Assembly: GCA_947629985.1 (NCBI GenBank)
Contig: CANRFV010000008.1
Location: 8,897-72,896, forward strand
DNA from: an uncultured Clostridia bacterium
GTDB taxonomy: Bacteria; Bacillota; Clostridia; Christensenellales; CAG-314
DNA: 64,000 bases
Direction: 5' to 3'
Position 1 is the first letter of the stretch, and each line of letters starts with the position of its first letter. Below the pieces are notes generated by a model, which saw nothing but the letters and a program-made list of their open reading frames with translations, had not been told where the DNA came from and made no database searches. Below, in pieces: positions 60,097-64,000 of the stretch. Both the position numbers and the translations under genes were made by a program.

Positions 60097-60792
60097 TTTG
60101 TTTCCTCGTTTTGTTATTGTCGAACGTTTGTTCTATTTTTCTAAATCATAGCACACCAAATATGACAACAGTTTGTCAGTTTTTTTGAAATTACCGATAA
60201 TTTTTACAAAAATTTTTTACCGAAACACAAAATAAAACGACCGCAAACAACGTGTATGAGCGGACAAATACGTCGGGCGCGCGCCAACAGGCGGCGAGCA
60301 AATGTCGCCCCGCTGCCGAAACCGAACATCCGCAAATATTTGCGATTTGCCACAGTGCGAGCGTGGAAACGATAAGACGAATGCGTATGCGCGCGTAAAA
60401 ATTATCCTGATGTTTTTTGAAAAGCGCACAAGGCTCATCAGATGAATACGTCGCGCACGTAAAATTTGTCGCCACGACAAACAGGCATTAAATGCGGAGC
60501 GTAAATCGAAACTGTTATGCCCCAACGGTGCCGCCCAATCAACCGTCTCACGCGTTAAACGCCGCGCGCGCACCAAACGCACGCATACTGCCGCCGGACA
60601 GGAGCGGCTCCGCTTAAATTTGACAAAGCGCGCATAATACAACGTGTGGCGCAACAAAAAAACGCGTAATTTTAATGGGCGTATTTTGTTGTAAACTGTT
60701 GATAAATAGCATATTTTTTGTTATAATGTAAAAGAATAATTATAATTTGCTATCGGACGGCAGTTCTGCCGCATGCTGTTATAGAGGAAATT

Positions 60793-62679
60793 ATGAAGAA
60801 ATTTGCTTGCATTTGTATTTTGACGCTTATTATGATCGCCGCAGTTGTGCCGGGGTTTGCGTTTGCCGCGCCCGCGCAAGGCGACTCTCAGAGCATAATA
60901 CATTTTCTCAACCCCACCGCTGTTGAAGTTAGCGGCAACTTTTTGTTTGTTGCGGACAATATTGAGAACAACAAAACGGCAATTTTGTGCTTTTCGGTAC
61001 AAAACTCCGCGCAAACGCCATTATATCAGTACACCTATATAATAGACAACGCACATTCGGTCAATCTTGCGTCCAAACCGGGCGGACTGTACGTGCTTAC
61101 CACAAACGGAATAATCGAATTTGAAATACCCGACGGCGAAGAAATAAAGGTAAAACAGACATTTGCGCCCGAAACATACGACAACGCGCAACCCGTAGAC
61201 TTTGCTTACGGCGTTTACAACAATAACAAAAGCGAATATCTGCTTACAACCGAAGCGGGAAACGAATTTATGAAAAACAACGGCAGCCGCAACGCGCCCA
61301 GATTCGGCAGCGCTTGGCCTCTTAACGGCAACTCGGTTGAGCCGCTTGGACTTGTTACCATTGACAATTTTGTTTACTTTTTGTACGAATCCGACGGCAA
61401 AACCGTATGCAAAGGCTACAACGGCACAACTCAATCGGTAGACAAAGGCGTGTTTAACGATACGCTTAACCTTGCAAATCACTACACGGGCTTGTTCGAT
61501 TGGGGCGGCGACGTGGCGCTGTTCAGCAAAAACAGCATAGTTTACGTGGAAGAAAATGCGCAGGAATGCACCATTGCGTCGCTACTCTCTTACGAAAACG
61601 ACGACGGCGCAACCATCAAAGACGTATCCACCAAAGGCAACGCGCTGTACGTGCTTAACGACAAAAACAAACTTGATGTATTTGCGGGATCGCCGCAAAA
61701 CTTTGCTTTGGTTGCCACTATCGGCAGCGACACGGTGGAACTTGCCGTGCCCAAAGCGTTTACGTCCTTTACGCTGGCGCGCTCCAACGGCTACCCCACC
61801 AATATCGTGTACAAAACCGCCGGCGACAACAGCATTGACGATATTGTTACCGACGCGGACGAATATATAATATTAGGCTATGACGGCGACGACCAATCCA
61901 ATTACTACTACGTTCTTATCGACAACAGCCGCTTCGGCTGGGTAAAAAAGAGCGACAACGCGCTTTCGCCCGCACAGGACCGACGCCTTACGATCATTCC
62001 CACCGAAGTAACGCCCGATTACGGAATGGAATACAAAACCAAATTTACTTCGCTTAATGCCGTGTATATTTACGATCTGCCGGGCGAATCGTTTACCTTT
62101 AAGACTTTTCAGCAGTCGGCGGACAACAGAACCGACGTAACCGTGTTGCAACGCTTTACCGAGCAAAAAGAAGACGAAACTCAGGTGTGGTATTACGTGG
62201 AATACGGCAATCAAAAGTACGGTTTTGTTAAAGAAAACGCCGTGGGACACTTTTTTATCAGCCAAATCAATCCCGAAGAAGCGGCAATCGGTCCGATGAA
62301 GATAAACGCCACGCTGTTTGCCGCAGTTACGGTGTACGCCACGCCGCAAATGACGGACGACGCGCTTGCGTACAGCCCCGAAGGCAACGTTTTGAAACTG
62401 TATTCGGGACAATTGGTAAACTGCGTGCGTATTTCCACCAACGACAAGGGGACGGAAGTTGCGCTTATTCAGGTAAACTACGGCGACGGAACGGTTGCGT
62501 TGGGCTACGTGCCGTTTGACAGGTTGATAGACAAAAACAGCATTACCACCAACCTTGCAGTGGGACTTTCGCTGTTGGCGGTTGCCATTGTTATTGCCGC
62601 AATTTTGATAATCGTATTTGTAAAACGCCGCCAAAAGAACAAACGCCCCGCCGCACCGAAAAACAAAAAGATCGATTGA
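60793..62679 (+). CDS. large secreted protein with repeated SH3b-like modules and C-terminal anchor
   Basis: It has a signal peptide (ACICILTLIMIAAVVPGFAFA). There are three W/Y-YYV...GWV/GFV/GYV modules (NYYYVLIDNSRFGWVKKSD; WYYVEYGNQKYGFVKENA; LIQVNYGDGTVALGYVPFDRL). The C-terminal TM segment is followed by a KRRQKNKRP tail. Confidence 0.65.
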   Translation: MKKFACICILTLIMIAAVVPGFAFAAPAQGDSQSIIHFLNPTAVEVSGNFLFVADNIENNKTAILCFSVQNSAQTPLYQYTYIIDNAHSVNLASKPGGLYVLTTNGIIEFEIPDGEEIKVKQTFAPETYDNAQPVDFAYGVYNNNKSEYLLTTEAGNEFMKNNGSRNAPRFGSAWPLNGNSVEPLGLVTIDNFVYFLYESDGKTVCKGYNGTTQSVDKGVFNDTLNLANHYTGLFDWGGDVALFSKNSIVYVEENAQECTIASLLSYENDDGATIKDVSTKGNALYVLNDKNKLDVFAGSPQNFALVATIGSDTVELAVPKAFTSFTLARSNGYPTNIVYKTAGDNSIDDIVTDADEYIILGYDGDDQSNYYYVLIDNSRFGWVKKSDNALSPAQDRRLTIIPTEVTPDYGMEYKTKFTSLNAVYIYDLPGESFTFKTFQQSADNRTDVTVLQRFTEQKEDETQVWYYVEYGNQKYGFVKENAVGHFFISQINPEEAAIGPMKINATLFAAVTVYATPQMTDDALAYSPEGNVLKLYSGQLVNCVRISTNDKGTEVALIQVNYGDGTVALGYVPFDRLIDKNSITTNLAVGLSLLAVAIVIAAILIIVFVKRRQKNKRPAAPKNKKID

Positions 62680-62727
62680 TATGCAAACAGTTGCGAAACC
62701 GTTAGTTTAATAATTTTTTGCGAAAAA

Positions 62728-62756
62728 ATTGCCGAAGGATAATATCTTTCGGCAAT
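62728..62756 (+). terminator. rho-independent terminator after the 628-aa gene
   Basis: attgccgaagg (62728-62738), loop ataatat, ctttcggcaat (62746-62756), with one G-U pair. It is followed by aataatttt and preceded by an A-run, so it may act bidirectionally. Confidence 0.6.
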
Positions 62757-63178
62757 AATAATTTTCAGATAAAGTCAACCTTAACTATACCGTAAAGAAA
62801 AAAACAGTCTGCAACAAGCGTATACCGCACAAATAAGTGTTTGAATTAAACTACCGCAAACTACGGACCGGTGCCCACGGCGCGCCACTTATTTGTCAGC
62901 ACCAAGCACGCATAGCGTACTCGGTTCCGCTGACACACGGGTGCGCCTTCTCCCACACAATTTTCGTATACTCAAATTGTGCGGGGTCCCTAAAACGCCC
63001 TAACGGGGGATGCCGGGGCATGTTACTCCCCGGCGAAGGTCGGAATAATGCCGCGCAGGTGTCCTGCGCAACTCCCAAGTCCGACTGCGTCGGCGCGATA
63101 GCGCACTGCGTGTCGATTGCGCTCGCGTTAGCGCAGCAGCAAGCAATCGACCGACGCACGTGTGGTCGGAGATCGGCA

Positions 63179-63820
63179 CTATTGAATTGCCGAATCCGCC
63201 ATTAAATCATCAGCCACTACGGTAATTTTACTTACCGACACTTCGTATGCCGTGCGCGTAACAACCGTTTCGTCGGGCAGTTTCTTTTGATAATTGCGCG
63301 ATTGCACGCGCCCCACCACGTTTATACGTTCGCCCACGCTCAGCGATCCGGCAAAACGCGCGTTGCGCCCCCACACTATGCAGGGTATGTAATCGCTTTT
63401 GTTGTATTGGCGATTTACGGCAAGCAACACGTCGCAAATTTCGCGGTTGAATGGCGTCGTGCGATATACGGGCGGCTTGCAAATGTATCCCGTAAGTTCC
63501 AGCGTATTGGGGTTGACGGTGCTGTCGTACGGCAACACGTCGCGCACAAATACGGTAAGCATAAGTTTGCTTTTGTCCCCGACGGTCTTGTTGTAACTGC
63601 GAAATTGCCCCGTAACGGTAACGTATTTGCCTTCGTGAAAATCTTGCGAAAGCAAATGCTCGGATACGGATATGGGCAAAAGGTCGTCCATTCCGGACAG
63701 GCGTTTGACGCACAGTGTAACTTCGTAAAATTTTTCGCCGTAAATTTCGTGCGAATATTCGGGTTCGCCCATAACTCTGCCCGATATCGACACAATATTG
63801 TTTTGTAAATTGGCAGTCAT
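63179..63820 (-). CDS. SSB-like protein with two OB-fold-like halves
   Basis: I chose the ATG at 63820 (AGGAG ~8 nt upstream). NNIVSISGRVMGEPEYSHEIYGEKFYEVTLCVKRLSGMDDLLPISV and LELTGYICKPPVYRTTPFNREICDVLLAVNR...IPCIVWGRNA each look like an SSB/PriB-type OB fold. There is no acidic C-terminal tail. Confidence 0.5.
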   Translation of the reverse strand: MTANLQNNIVSISGRVMGEPEYSHEIYGEKFYEVTLCVKRLSGMDDLLPISVSEHLLSQDFHEGKYVTVTGQFRSYNKTVGDKSKLMLTVFVRDVLPYDSTVNPNTLELTGYICKPPVYRTTPFNREICDVLLAVNRQYNKSDYIPCIVWGRNARFAGSLSVGERINVVGRVQSRNYQKKLPDETVVTRTAYEVSVSKITVVADDLMADSAIQ

Positions 63821-64000
63821 ATAACACTCCTTTTCATGCGTTCGCTTGTAGATTGTTGCGTAAAATTTGTGCAAAACTTGCGTAAAGCAAGCGTTTTTGT
63901 CGGTTTCAGTGGGGGCCGCCGCACAGCCAAGCCTATATTTGTCGCTACGCAAGCGCCGTCAGGTGCGCTTACACGACGGAATTTGCCGCGGGCGTATTGC

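Noticed and set aside
60191-60475. 94-aa minus-strand ORF with an HTH-looking stretch (LALWQIANICGCSVSAAGRHL)
   Set aside because: It has a GTG start with no Shine-Dalgarno and a Cys/Arg-rich composition, and it overlaps another equally poor ORF (60217-60657). It may be a decayed sigma-r4 gene fragment, but I cannot support it as a gene.
62840-63170. Tested the hairpin-rich segment as RNase P RNA, SRP RNA or tmRNA
   Set aside because: None of the expected core motifs is present on either strand. Missing are the GAGGAAAGUCC (P4) core, the GGUCCGGAAGGAAGCAGC helix-8 motif, and the GGGG...CCACCA tmRNA ends with a tag ORF.
62837-63205. 122-aa + strand ORF in the GC-rich hairpin region
   Set aside because: The composition (Cys/Ala/Arg/Gly-rich) and the lack of a ribosome-binding site argue against coding. 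The region is treated as a candidate structured RNA instead.

Overview
This looks like a Firmicutes/Clostridia-type chromosome segment. The evidence is a T-box leader on valS, Hsp33, RNase J, an asd-dapA-dapB cluster, a U32 peptidase next to an O-methyltransferase, an IS200, and a large serine recombinase. Spot GC counts in host genes are in the mid-to-high 50s %. Three foreign blocks interrupt the housekeeping genes.

(1) Positions ~2.7-24.4 kb hold a ~21.7 kb island bracketed by a ~125-135 bp imperfect direct repeat. Its left end carries a large serine recombinase module. Its cargo is a tightly packed seven-gene minus-strand operon containing the BREX type 4 core (brxP, brxC/pglY, pglZ, brxL). 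That core is extended by an upstream 1115-aa orphan protein and by a downstream 69-aa four-Cys protein plus a cysteine desulfurase. No methyltransferase is present. An XRE / PDDEXK-nuclease (DUF1016) / 137-aa triad sits at the right end. This sulfur-linked BREX variant is the most interesting object in the window.

(2) An IS200-type insertion sequence lies at ~41.46-42.13 kb.

(3) From ~49.6 kb to at least 60.1 kb there is a phage-like packaging and head module: large terminase, portal, scaffold, capsid and four downstream structural ORFs. It ends at a strong terminator. No tail-fibre, lysis or integrase genes are visible in the window. An ArpU/sigma-like regulator, an SSB-like gene and two antisense SH3-repeat surface proteins lie to its right.

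All product calls come from motifs read by eye and remembered family signatures. No database search was run.
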